64,000 bases of DNA from Octopus sinensis (lineage: Eukaryota): positions 97,278,001 through 97,342,000 of the forward strand of contig NC_043000.1 in assembly GCF_006345805.1 (NCBI RefSeq), in the 5' to 3' direction. Under the pieces are notes generated by a model. The model was not told the origin of the DNA, ran no database searches, and saw nothing but the letters and a program-made list of their open reading frames with translations. Of the stretch, positions 26,781-40,480 are shown piece after piece (the stretch's first letter is position 1; every line of letters starts with the position of its first letter). Both the position numbers and the translations under genes were made by a program.

Positions 26781-27430
26781 TTTACTTGTTTCTTTTGACT
26801 GCAGTCATGCTGGCGCACTGCCTTGAAAGTTCTTAGTCCAGAAATTGAACTCAGAACTTTTTTTAAAGTTTAGCATTTTCTCTATCGGACTTGTTTGCTA
26901 AACCGCTAAGTTACGAGGACGTAAACACAGTAATACCGGTTATCAGGCGGTAGCGGGGGCGACAAAGAGAGGCACAGACGCACACACTCGGATACAAACA
27001 CACACAAATATATATACTCTTTACTCTTTTACTTGTTTCAGTCATTTGACTGTGGCCATGCTGGAGCACCGCCTTTTTAGTCGAGCAAATCGACCCCAGG
27101 ATTTATTCTTTGTAAGCCTAGTACTTATTCTATCGGTCTCTTTTGCCGAACCGCTAAGTTAGGGGGACGTAAACACACCAGCATCGGTTGTCAAGCGATG
27201 TTGGGGGGACAAACACAGACACACAAACATATACACATACACATACACACATATATATACACAAATACGACGGGCTTCTTTCAGTTTCCGTCTACCAAAT
27301 CCACTCACAAGGCTTTATCGGCCCGAGGCTATAGTAGAAGACACTTGTCCAAGGTGTCACGCAGTGGGACTGAACCCGGAACCATGCGCTTCGTAAGAAA
27401 GCTACTTACTACACAGCCACTCCTACGCCT
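26781..27430 (-). mobile_element. SINE family A: partial copy (26781-27000) plus full copy (27016-27430)
   Basis: The full copy has an intact head (A-box TGGCTGTGTAG, B-box GGTTCAGTCCC), body and tail. Confidence 0.85.
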
Positions 27431-27539
27431 ATATATATATGCAAGAAGTAAATGGAGGGAAAATAACAGGAGGAATTTAGTCGTTTGCGCTAGTAAGCCA
27501 TTAATTTAATTAATTAATAAAGAACAGTGTTAGTAATAG

Positions 27540-27594
27540 TACATTTACGATCGTTTCTGCTTACCCGTTGTGGTGGTAGACATCATCAGAATTC
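27540..27594 (-). ncRNA. Minimal type I hammerhead ribozyme, intact core
   Basis: AUU-CUGAUGA-UGUCUACC-ACCACAACG-GGUAAGCA-GAAAC-GAUC-GUA-AAU. Confidence 0.75.
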
Positions 27595-27851
27595 GTAGTC
27601 ATATGTAGAGGTGCGAAGAGCGAAAGACACAGGGACACATTAGTAACGAGAGTAAAGACAAAGAATGGGGAGTCTTACATTATAGTTGATAATTCTGCTG
27701 CGAAGTGGATGTAGGATGTAGGTTATTTTGATCTGTAGTCCGAAGTCTAAGTAAGTGCATATTTTCTACGTGTTTATTCTGGCTAGACTTTTCACCGGCG
27801 TTACCAATGTGTCCCTATGTATTTCGCTCTTCTCACCTCTACATATGACTA

Positions 27852-27907
27852 TGCATTCTGATGATGTCTACCACCACAACTGGTAAACAGAAACGATCGT
27901 AAATGTA
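27852..27907 (+). ncRNA. Minimal type I hammerhead ribozyme, intact core
   Basis: UGCAUU-CUGAUGA-UGUCUACCA-CCACAAC-UGGUAAACA-GAAAC-GAUC-GUA-AAUGUA. Helix I has 6 bp, and the palindrome ACGAUCGU replaces helix III. Confidence 0.8.
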
Positions 27908-28171
27908 CTATGACTAACACTGTTCTTTATTAATTAATTAAATTAATGGCATACTAGCACAAACGACTAACGTCTTCCTGTTATTTTTCCTCCATTTACT
28001 TCTTGCATATAATTCGAACTACGGTTTACTTGTTGAATTACCTGCTACCGTATAACTTTACCAAGGACAGTACATACGCAGCTAATCACCAGGAGCGCCT
28101 TTGGATTTAACCAACCCTTAGAGGTTTTAAACACCTCTAACTTATACCTATATATATATATATATATGTAA

Positions 28172-28293
<122 letters not shown>

Positions 28294-29796
28294 GCTTAGA
28301 AACGATTATCTCCCCTGAACAGCAAATCTCTTTCGTTCTCTGAGACTACCACAGTATATACAGCTTCTTGTAAGACCACCACATATATATATATGTAAGT
28401 ATATATATATATATATAGGATCCGTTCTACACGTGATAACAGCTGTTCCACATTAACTCCACTGATCACGATTTCTATGTAAATCCGGGCAAAATGCTTA
28501 GCGGCACTTCACCCGTCTTTTCGTTCTGAGTTCAAATTCCTCCGAGGTCGACTTTGCCTTTCATGTTTTCAGCGTCGATAAAATATATATATTCAAGACG
28601 GGCATCCACACAGTTTCTGTCTACCTAATTCAGTCACAGGACATTGATCGACCCCGGGGTTATAGTACAATACATTTGCCCAAAACACAGCGCATTTAGA
28701 CTGAATCCGAGACTACTACAAACCCATACCTGCACATATAACTCTAAAAACAAAAAAAAAAGCAGACTGATCTTGGTTTGAACGTCTTTGGTCATAAATC
28801 TTCTCAATAAAGATAGACCAGGGGATAACGAAGAAAATATCAACTAATTCCACTACGATATCAACTGCTACTACTAGTGCTACTACTCTTGCAACTGGTG
28901 TTTCTGCTGCTTGAACATATAAAAGATTCCTGAAGATGTGTGACGTTGAACCAAGCCCAGCTAATTTTCCCTACATTTTTTTATCCTTTATTTTACAGAC
29001 TTAATGTAGTGTTGAGTTTCTCCTTATCAGTAATGAAATTACTCGGAAAAATATTATTGCACCTTTAAGCAGAACTTATTATTTCTTAAGACTTTCTCTT
29101 TCATCTGTACAGAATCGATGAAACAAGTACCAAACAAGTATTGGAGATCAATAAAATCGATTAAACCCCTTACTCACGCTCTTTAGTCGGTTGGCCAATA
29201 AACATATCATCATCATCATCAATATTATCATCACCACCACTACCACCACCACTACCACCATCCTCATCATCACCATCATATCTTCTCCACTATCATCGTG
29301 ATCAGTGGAGTTAATGTGGAACAGCTGTTATCACGTGTAGAACGGATCCTACCATTGGTGGATTCCATCGCGAAGACCACCCACGCCGCCTTCCTTTGGT
29401 CGAGAAGGGCAGGCAGCTTTCCTTGAGTGGTGGCTATAGTGAAAGAATGAAGAGATTGAACACTTTCCTCTTCGGCCAACTGTCAACGACTTTTTAAATT
29501 CCATTTGGAAAGGCAAGTGAGAGTTGAGCAGGAAGTGTTGTCACCCTCTCCAGAGCCTTTGCTGAAGGGTGAGTGAATATAGGGTGAGGATGACCCGAGT
29601 GAATGGATCTATTCTACGGTGGCGCCCGTAGGCTAAAGAGTACGGAGAAGAGGGAATCACTTAACATGGTACACCGATGAGTAGGCTGGCTCGGGATCTG
29701 TGGAGTTTCTTGCTTGTGTCTAGATGGCGCTTACCACGGCCATTGGAGGGTTTTGTTAAGATGTTTTGCGAATGGTTATTGTTCTGTTGTTTACAC

Positions 29797-29990
29797 GTTT
29801 CTATGTAAATCCGGGCAAAATGCTTAGCGGCACTTCACCCGTCTTTTCGTTCTGAGTTCAAATTCCTCCGAGGTCGACTTTGCCTTTCATGTTTTCAGGG
29901 TCGATAAAATTAGTACTAATGAAGTACTGGGGTCGATGTAATCGACTTACCCCCGCACTCATAATTGCTGGCCTTGTGCCAAAATTTGAA
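29797..29990 (+). mobile_element. SINE family B, 5'-truncated
   Basis: GAGTTCAAATTCCTCCGAGGTCGACTTTGCCTTTCAT ... GGGGTCGATGTAATCGACT. Confidence 0.8.
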
Positions 29991-30102
29991 ATTATTATCA
30001 TCATCATCATCGTTGTCATCATCACTTTTTCATGCAGTGGCAATGGAAATGCACCGGAGTACTTAGTTTTCTGTCAAGTCACAGCAAGAACCTCAGAGGG
30101 AT

Positions 30103-30105
<3 letters not shown>

Positions 30106-30137
<32 letters not shown>

Positions 30138-31406
30138 AGTTCCCTTAATTGGTGCTGACAGTCGTTGGGATGCCACTCTAGATGCTTTCATAGTCGGCCG
30201 TCGCCACTGGTCTCTGTTCTCTGCCATGCGTAGTAGGTTTGCTGTATTGTTACCTGTCAGTCCTTGATGTTGTCAAACCGGGACTTTCTCAGTCTGTTTC
30301 TCTTTTGCCTTCCCTCAGCTGTGACCTGAAGAATATTTGGGGCTAGGATTTTGGCAGGATACATGACCGTGCTAGACGAGCTTCCCTCTTTTTACTTGCT
30401 CAAGGAGTAGTTCCTATCAGCCAGCGTGTTTTTGACTTCCTGCCAAACAAAGCTGTTCGTTTTACTGCCTGTGTACGGAGTGTGTTAAGAGTCTTCTGAA
30501 GCACTTGTGCTCAAATGCCTGGATTCTACGCTCAATGTCAGCTATAAGAATCCAGCTCTCACACTCATACAAAAGGATCGAAGTCCACAGGGTTTTGTAC
30601 ACTAAGCTTTGTTGGGATACTAATGGAATTGCTTTTCCATATGTTGCTCAGCTTCGTCATGGCAGCAGAGGCTAAACTGAGTCTTGTTATCTCCTTTTGA
30701 GATCTGCCATCTCTGATCAAAGTAGATCCATGGTACTTGAAGGTATCCACTTCATCAAGTCACTCCCTGTTTGGCATGATGTTGGTTGCTGTGTTTAGAT
30801 TGTTACTATTAACCAGGATATTTCTCTTCTCTGAGCTGATCTCCTCAGACCGTGTTTGGTATAATGGGTTGAGGCAGTTGATTAAGAATTACAACACCTG
30901 CAACAACCTCATCGAAGTAATCCAAGTATTATATGAAAACTACTGCTGTACAGTTCTCCTGAACAACATTGGAAAATATTTTAAAACCAAAGGACAAAAT
31001 TTATCATGAGGTTATAGGGCGTTACTTCGGTTGAGAGTAAACAAGAGAAATTTTGTCCTATTGTTATAGGACAAAATATAATATATAGGACAAAATATAA
31101 TATATATAGGACAAAATACAATATAATAGGACAAAATTTATCATGTTTCTTCTCAACCGAAGTAAGGCCAACAGTGGGTGTTTGAAAAGGATGATTTCTC
31201 TCTCCAGTGCTTTTCAACACCTTCCTGGAGAGCATCAAGCAGGAGACACTTGAAGATCCCCAACCCTCTGTTTCCATTGGAGGACAGTCCATTTCCAACT
31301 TGCGCTTTACTGATGATATTGACCTTTTAGGAAGCAGTGAAGCAGAACTACAGGAGCTCACCACCAGACTAGAAAAGGTATCGATATCATACGAGATTGA
31401 GATCGG
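30106..31406 (-). mobile_element. RTE-clade LINE with inverted 5' part (twin-priming structure)
   Basis: Minus-strand 3' part (VDTFKYHGSTLIRDGRSQKEI..., (ATG)n tail) is joined near 30845 to a plus-strand RT segment (DRVW...NLRFTDDIDLL...). Diverged target duplication: CCTCAGAGGGATAAT / CCTCGACAGATAAT. Confidence 0.8.
30991..31167. mobile_element. MITE-like insert with 15-bp inverted repeats and approximately 21-bp internal tandem repeats
   Basis: TTACTTCGGTTGAGA (31022) / TCTCAACCGAAGTAA (31151), internal TAGGACAAAAT repeats, CCAA on both sides. It interrupts the RTE RT frame. Confidence 0.6.
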
Positions 31407-31886
31407 CCTCGACAGATAATACTTTCTTTAGAATGTGCGCAGTACCTAGCAAGACTAATTTTTGTATGACACCAATTTTGTATGGTATTCTCAACCGATT
31501 TAAGGAGTCTTGAGATGTTCAATGGTATTGACTCTAAAGCCCCGATCACAACTGGTACCACTTTTACTTTACTCTCTCGCATTCCAAACAGCCTTGCCAT
31601 CTCCACTTTCAATTCGGAGTATCTGATGATTTTTTTTAACCCCTTGATTCGGAATATTCATGTGATTTGGTATGACTGCGTCAATGATTTGACAGTATTT
31701 GTCTTTCTTATTCAATATGACAATGTCCAGATGGTAATGCTCAAATTCTCAGTCTGAAAATCGTAATCCCAGAAATATCGCTGCTTTCCCATCCTGCTGC
31801 ATTACTTAACAAGGCACATGCTCGTTTAAATTCTCTATCATTTCGTATTGGTATTTAGGACATAAAAGCCAATTCTTGTTATTCTA

Positions 31887-31930
<44 letters not shown>

Positions 31931-33315
31931 CATTATTATATAAGAGCGTGATACGCTTTGTATTAAATAGAGATTAGCAATATTTCGACAGTATGTCTGT
32001 CTTGTATGAGTTCAAAACAATAAATAGAAAACAGGGCGAAATACAGAAATTGAAAATTTGACCTGACATATTTTGCGTTCCTTTTAGAGAAAACGGCGTC
32101 ATCAATTTTTTCGCTGCTGGTGACAAGGGAAAAGGAAAGAGGAAGAAAAGGCAACAGAAAAGAGAACAATTACTAAAAAAAATTTCTGTAGTATGATGGG
32201 ATTTTACTGTCATTTTGCTCTTTACTCCGGGGGTGTGAAGTTTGTAATATACAAATATATTTATTCTCATATGTTTTGAGGGCTGAAAGTGATACACTCA
32301 GAATATTTTCTCAGAGTGTGTTGTTCCAGGCGTTTCTCAAATTTACAGCCGTTTGATGCAAAATGCTCGGCAAGTTCCGTCGAATACCGCTATTATGCTT
32401 GACGTCATACCTATCCCTTATTGAAATTTTAATTAACTTTTCTGTTCTGCAACTAACATATATCAAGTTGTGTTTGTTGCATTTCGCAGCGTAACCAAAT
32501 TAAAATCCTTACAGATCCCACCTTTTGCATAATTCATAGCATTTTTTTACAATTTGTGATGAAGTTGACGTGACTCATGCTGCTGCATAATGAAAGAGGC
32601 TTAACTTTCTGGCAGATGTTTTCCGGGGTACAGCGTTCAGAAACTCCACTGGAGTTTCTATTTCGATTAGAGATGTTAGTTAATATTTCTCTTATATTTT
32701 TATTGCGTCTAAGAGCTACAATAGGTAGATGAGGAAATGTTTAAAATGAGGTTACCTTTCTGAAATATACTGGTAATCTTCATGCAACGATTTTGAATTT
32801 CCTGTGAAAATTCGCTGCCAGTTAATCACTACATAAATACGGTCATAAATTTTACTTTGACTACTATATATAGCCGAGAAATTTCGACTTTTGCTTCTAG
32901 TTTTAGCTATGTCTTTTGTGGTTTCTTTTAATCGTGATTCACTGTAACTGCGCTTCATATAATGGCTTGCAAAAGCAATTGCATGTTTTCAATAACCTCC
33001 TATGGTAGGACAACTCCATTTTATGCTCAAAAGCTGGGTCCTTGAATTTGACTTAATTGCATAATGTGGATGATCGGAGAGGCGGCGAAGATAAATGCGG
33101 GATAACGTAGATTTGCAAAATAACTCGGTCACTGTCCAGCCTTCTGAACACTTAATTTATGTGTCCAAAAATTCGACGCTAGTTTTTGAAAAATCTCGAT
33201 AAGAATTTTATGCTGGACTTTTAAAGGGGTCGATGAGATAAGTACCAGTTGAGCAGCAGGCTCCAAGTGATCGACTAGCCACCAAATTTTAGACAGTGTG
33301 CTTATAATAGAAAGG

Positions 33316-34380
<1,065 letters not shown>

Positions 34381-35870
34381 CCCTTCGTAACACAGTGTAA
34401 GTAAAAATGCACCGGAGTCATTAGTCATCTGTCAAGTCACAGCAAGGACCTCAGACAGATAATACTTTCCTTAAGATGTGCGCTGTGCCCAATAAGGCTG
34501 CTTTTTGCAAGACATCAATCTTGCATGGGATTTCCAGTTGCCTTATGAAATCTTGAAGTTTCGGTGGGATTGAGCCCAACGCTCCGATCACCACTGGTAT
34601 CACTTTTACATTACTCTCTCTCTCATTCCATACAGCCTTGCCATTTCCACTTTCAATTCAGAGTAATTGGTGATTTTTTTCAACCTCTTTACTCACAACG
34701 TTCATATCATTTGGTATGGCTACATCAATGATCTGATAGTATTTGTCTCTCTTATTCAATATGAAAATATCCGGCCGACGGTACTGCATTACACGTTCCG
34801 CTTGAAAATCATAGTCCCAGAGTATCGTTACTTTTCCATCCTCTGCATAACTTTACTTGGTACATGCATATACCAGTTCTCAGTTACTTCATATTGGTAT
34901 TTACGGCATAAGAACCAATGAAGATACACACACACTTTATCGTGGCGGCGCTTGTATTCTTTTTGTGCAAGGCTCTCATATCCACTTACCAAGGGGGTCA
35001 CATGTTCCACACTCTTTCCGTGGAGTTTGCATTTCTGGGTGTCAGAAGTATTATAGATGTTATACTTTACTTAACTAGTAGCGAGAGCCTGGTCTTGTGC
35101 AACAATGATCAGGCTTTCTGCGGTACGCTTCAAATCACGTCACTCAAGCCATGCCCACGATCCTTAACGTCTTGTGCATTCCATTCAAACTGTCCAAGCA
35201 TTCTTATTTCAAGAAGGTCTTCTTTTCTCTTCTCCTCAGCTCTTTGTTTAAACTCTTCCTTACCCATCATTTCATCTGCATTTACATCCATATTTTTATC
35301 ACTATTTACCAAATACTCGGCAAATACTCGTTCTCCTTTTACTCCTTATACAAAGGTCTATACTAATTAGTCCTCTACCACCATTATTTCTTTTCATATA
35401 AAGTATGTTTACGTTTGCTTTAGGGTGTAGTACCCTATGCAGCCTCATCAACTTTCTCGTTTTTCTATCCTGTGTTGATATTTCCTCCTTAGTCCATTTA
35501 AAGATGGACGCACTATATCTGACCACCGCAACTGCCCAGATATTCATTGCGGTAATCACATTTTTGGTAACAAGGTTGGATTTCAACACCATCTTCACCC
35601 TTTTTGATGCACCTCGCCTACCTTGAGATTCATTTCTCTGTGTAGAATGTCATCCAGCTCCAAAGTTCTTAAATATCTATACCCACTATCGTCGGGTTCA
35701 CCCATCGTCTCGCCTGATGTTAACAGTAATCCTCTTCAGGTTGCTTTCTTCCCAAATTCCATACCGATGTCCTTACCACATTTCTTGACTGTTTTGGTTA
35801 AGGAGTCTATCTGTTTTTCAGATTTTCCAAGCAATTTCAGGTCATCCATAAACAGAAGATAGTTCAATGA
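34381..35870 (-). mobile_element. R4/Dong-type LINE, 1.5-kb 3' fragment
   Basis: RT LLFMDDLKLL, WAVAVVRYS, GGRGLISI; LAQKEYKRRHDKV..LHW; REL RRPDI..IIDVAIP; VIPVVIGALG. It ends in (TAA)n. Confidence 0.88.
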
Positions 35871-35874
35871 TGGG

Positions 35875-36114
35875 CCTTTCTTACCATTTCTTCCTTGATT
35901 ATCCCTGGAGGTCCTTCTGCATAGAGGGGATCCCATCACTTTCACTCCCTGCCCCTCGCTTTTTTTAGTGTCGTATACTATATATACTTCCCTTCTTGTA
36001 ATGTACAATGTGTATACTTTTTATTTTATCATTACATTATATGTAAAGCCCTACACTTTATGTCTGTCTTTGTATTGCTCCCCTCATCCTTCACTCTAGT
36101 GGCAAATAAAAGAA
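35875..36114 (+). mobile_element. Possible 3' UTR fragment of a second Tx1/L1-type LINE
   Basis: T-rich, ending TGTCTGTCTTGTATTGCTCCCCTC ... short hairpin ... AATAAAAGAAA. It resembles the SINE family B 3' end. Confidence 0.4.
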
Positions 36115-36184
36115 ATTATTTACATTATTTAAATTTGACGGATATTTGTCCTCATCTTGTTTGTTAACACTGTTTTCTAACGCT

Positions 36185-36605
36185 GGAGATGTACTACGGT
36201 GCCAGCTGTTCACAACCAGTGAACTAAGGTGACACCCTTATTTTTCGAGCACCATCCGAAGTATTCGAGCGATTCTCGAGATTTTTACTCACTGCTCCCT
36301 GGGCTCGAAAATTATTGGTACTTTCCTTTTTCATCGACCACAACTGCTTAACCTCCCAAGCTAAGCTGGTATATCTATTGACTTTTCTTTCTTCCTTATC
36401 GCATACCCTGTCAGCTGGGCAAGCTGTATCTATTATCCAGCATCGTTTGCTTTCTTTCTCATTTAACACTATGTCTGGCTTCCTATTCCCTATCTCATGG
36501 TCACACTGAATCATAAAATCCCATAAGATCTTTGCATTATCATTTTCGATGACGCCTTCGGGTTTATGTTCGTACGACTTTTTTGCTCTGTCGACTCCAT
36601 ACATA
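36185..36605 (-). mobile_element. R4/Dong-type LINE REL-domain fragment (third subfamily)
   Basis: AKILWDFMIQCDHEIGNRKPDIV...WIIDTACP. Confidence 0.8.
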
Positions 36606-37983
36606 TTCTCAGAGAGCTGATAAAATAAATTCCAAGCTTGACATATTCATTAAAGTTTAATCAGTGAAGGAAAAATACACCTTTGATCTTTGCTTGGCCC
36701 CTCTCGATACTGATGGAGAAAAGGAAGGAAGGCAATATGATACGTAAGCTACTAGGGTAGGATGTAGCACATTAGTTATTTTTTATTTCTCCATGACTTA
36801 CAGTAGGAGCAGAATCCACGATATTTTTCAGGAACTCCAGGACTTCTGGGAAGTTATCCTTAGCCCGGAGATCTACCCAGAACTTTCAACAAAGTGTACA
36901 CCGCTAACATTGGCCAGTTGGTAGAGTTGAAAATCGCGATGGATTTTGATTACTACCACACATGAACAAGAACGATCTCCTTGGCGGGCTTCCACACATT
37001 GCTTGTCAGTCAAATTTTCCTCACAAGTTTTTGGTCGACGAGGCTTGTATGGTAAAATACAATTGCCCAGAGTACCACACTGCGATTCGAACCGGAAATT
37101 ACGTGATTGTAAATCAAATTTTTTAACCACCTGACCAAACCTGCATCATAAGTCGAGTCAGTGGACTATACCCTTCTTTTTACCCACCACCATCGCCTAA
37201 ATTCTTCAACTTATAACCGGGCAATAAATCTTTATTACAAATTAGTCATTTCCTAAAATAATTTCATGGTTTAGAACACCTACAATCAATGTAGGTTAGT
37301 CGTATGAACTGTATTCACTTATTGTTAAATGTATGAAGAACAGTTATTATTAATTCAGGAGCGCTACACAGATTCATACAAAATTATCTCAGGAGTATAG
37401 CAAGTTCTGATTAGATTTATGTTCAAAATCATAAATAATTTCTTAGAAGCTCCTCGACAACATTCACAATATTCTTTCTGATCTTAACCTCTAGAAAAGA
37501 AGGAGAAATTAACGAAAATGACAGCGTAAATCACGAAAATATATTTACAAAAAAATTAAACTGTCATTGATTTGATTATGTACTTAATTCCCGCTTCTTG
37601 TTTAGATTTATGATCCCAAACCTCTGCTCTACTTTGTTTAACTTGTATTTTCTCATTTAATTCATGTATTTCCTTCGATTAGTAAGGTTGTGTAGGTGTT
37701 ATTAAATAAAAGTCAGTGAGTGACAACTGTATTCTGTCTAAATTCATGTTACGCTTCTTTTCGCGTTATTTCCACTTGAAATAATGTAATCCTTCAATGT
37801 CACCGTTTCTGTGAAAGTTTAAACTCAGCATTTTCTTCCAATGTTCGTTATGTCAAATGCTCTAAGTATTCAAGTACACTGTCTATTAAACTGTAACTAT
37901 GTTGACATCAAACACAGATAATGTAACTAAATCTGAAAGAAATTACCGAGCTGGACAATCACAGCTGACCAGATGAATATATA

Positions 37984-38187
37984 TCTTTTATCTTTTACTT
38001 GTTTCAGTCTTTAGAAAGCGGCCATGCTGGGGCGCCGCCTTGAAGAATTTTAACAGAACGAACCGACCCCAGTACTTAGTTTTCAAAGCCTGTTACCTAT
38101 TCTATTAATCTCTTTTGCCGAGCCACTATTTTACGAGGACCTAAATACGCCAACACCTGTTTTCAAGTGGTGGTAGGACAAATACAG

Positions 38188-38249
<62 letters not shown>

Positions 38250-38383
38250 GACGAACTTCTTTCAGTTTCCGTCCACGAAATCCATTCACAAGGCTTTGGT
38301 CGGCTCGAGGTTATTGTAGAAGATACTTTCCCAAGGTGCCACGCAGTAGAACTAAACTCTTACCACACAGCCACGCCTGCGTC
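37984..38383 (-). mobile_element. SINE family A, full length, diverged
   Basis: Tail, internal (CA)n, body and head all align to the other copies. Confidence 0.8.
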
Positions 38384-38879
38384 TATATCGCTATGCCTGC
38401 GCCTTTATAGCTACGCCAGTGCCTATATACCCACACCAGGTCCTGTATATATCTATGTGCGAATCTAAAAGTTGGTTCGTATTTTTTATTGTTAATAAAC
38501 TAGGTTAGCCTGATCGAATATATCTATGAATAAAGTCATTCCAGTTGTCTTCCTCATATGATATTTTATAGGTAATGTCTCTAAGACTACTTCTTCCAAC
38601 ATAACCTTCCTTTACAATACGATAGAGTACAATTTGAGAGATATTCGGCTGCTATTTGCCATAATTTTAAAGAGGAAAGATAAAATGAATGGTGTGCCTC
38701 TAGATAATGTTTGAGGAAAAAAGGAAGATGGCGACGGATGAAACGTTTTGATTGTAGATCTGATTATAAACGTTTTGATTATAGATCTGTTGGAATAAAG
38801 CTGACCAGTTTTCGAAATGTAGTGTTTTCATTTTCTTTTTTAGTTTAACAGCTTCTTTGATAGTCGATCTGTGAATACC

Positions 38880-39560
38880 AGAATGGGAAGGAGTCTCGAC
38901 ATTGATTCCATCTTGAGATAATTGTCGACAAACTATTGCTGCTTTGGGGGTTGATAGCTTGGAAGATATTACTAATTTGGTTGCAATTCCAGTTTTACTA
39001 TACTTCTTCCTTGTTTGTGTGGATTCTTCATTTGATTTTTCGGACTCTTGATATTAACTTTCAGTCTCTGCTTCAGACGTTGACGATGACACTGAAGTTG
39101 CTCTGGTTGATGTTGGCATTATATAACCCATCCTCATTATATAACCTATCCTCACTGCACAGCCATTCACCGTTTTCCTTTGTGATGCAAAAAATTATTT
39201 TCAAGGAATCGTATTTTCCTCGTTTTATGCATTTATCGTAGGTATTCATCACTTTTTCTACTTTTGCTTGCACATTTTGAATTGATATATATGGGAAATT
39301 TAATTTCTTTTGCCATAAAAGAGTTACTTCTTTCGAAATTTCCTTTGTTATTTCTTTCCTTCCTTTGATGGTACCCCCAAGGAACAGGTAGTGACCGACA
39401 ATTTGTTGTTTCATTGATATCCTGCAGTTGTTTTCCAAAGAATGCACTTCTAGAAGAACATGTCTTCTTTTCCTGTGTGAGTCTTGAAATTGCACGAGAT
39501 TCTTCGTCCTGATTTTTTGTTTCTTTGAGTGACATGAGCACTTCTCTTATGAGACATTAT
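38880..39560 (-). mobile_element. Degenerate DNA-transposon-like coding remnant (unclassified)
   Basis: Frameshifted basic ORF pieces (LWQKKLNFPYIS..VQAKVEKVMNTYDK..GEWLCSEDRLY) resembling N-terminal regions of invertebrate transposases. The family assignment is from memory only. Confidence 0.35.
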
Positions 39561-39946
39561 TTTAGATACTCTAGTTGGATAAGCCTACTATTCCGAAAAC
39601 CAGTTAATATAGTCAAAATTTTTAGAGACACAGAAAATTAAAAGGAGAGGAAGAGGATATTTCCTAAAGTAAGACCTAAATGGTAAAAAATTAAAAACTC
39701 TATAACTCTATTATAACTCTACTTAAACTGGAAAAAAAATTTTGAGATATATTGCTTCTGCATTGGATTAAGTCAGCACACCAAGTTTGATAAAAACTTG
39801 AGTAGGCTTTATGAATCCCCTCCTAGAATTTTGCATGATTTGGATCAAAAGTGGTGTTAGATTTCTTTACTTATATAAAATTATTCATCAACTTTTAATA
39901 TAGGAAATTGTTTACTTTTCAAAAGATCATATATATATATATATAT

Positions 39947-40160
39947 TCTTTTTTCTTTTATTTGTTTCAGTCATTAGACTGCAGTCATGCTGGAGCACCG
40001 CCTTTAGTCGAGCAAATCGACCCCAGGACTTATTCTTTGTAAGCCTGGTATTTATTCTATCGATTTCTTTTGCCGAACCGCTATGTTTCGGGGGACGTAA
40101 ACACACCAGCATCGGTTGTCAAGCGATGGTGGAGGGACAAGCACAGAAACACAAACACAT

Positions 40161-40193
<33 letters not shown>

Positions 40194-40411
40194 GTTGAAA
40201 TTTACAGAAAAACGAAAGACGAAGACAGGTGTATAAACAATAAGCAGCTGTATTAGTTTGACGCGCAGGAAGTTGAGAAAGCCTTTTACGTTTCAAGCCT
40301 ACGCTCTTCAACAGAAAGGAAAATGGGGAAATAGAGAAAATAAAAAACTTTAGGAGTTAGCGGTCAATCATGGCGACTGGCTGGACAAAGGTAGTTAGAC
40401 AGGAGACCGTC

Positions 40412-40480
<69 letters not shown>

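Larger units (their letters stand above)
27436..28011. mobile_element. 576-bp palindromic element with approximately 213-bp inverted arms, each carrying a hammerhead (Penelope-like inverted terminal repeats)
   Basis: 27436-27648 is the reverse complement of about 27800-28011 at high identity, with a spacer of about 150 bp and TA-rich ends. Confidence 0.85.
30025..31885 (-). mobile_element. R4/Dong-type LINE 3' fragment, split by an RTE insertion
   Basis: 31420-31880 encodes REL-domain-type KVEMARLFGMRESKVKVVPVVIGAL. The 3' UTR piece at 30040-30105 matches 34405-34460. (ATT)/(ATC) repeats lie on both sides. Confidence 0.75.

Noticed and set aside
31068-31145. Short direct repeats resembling a CRISPR-like array
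   Set aside because: There are no unique spacers and no cas genes, the context is eukaryotic, and the repeats are internal to a MITE-like insert.
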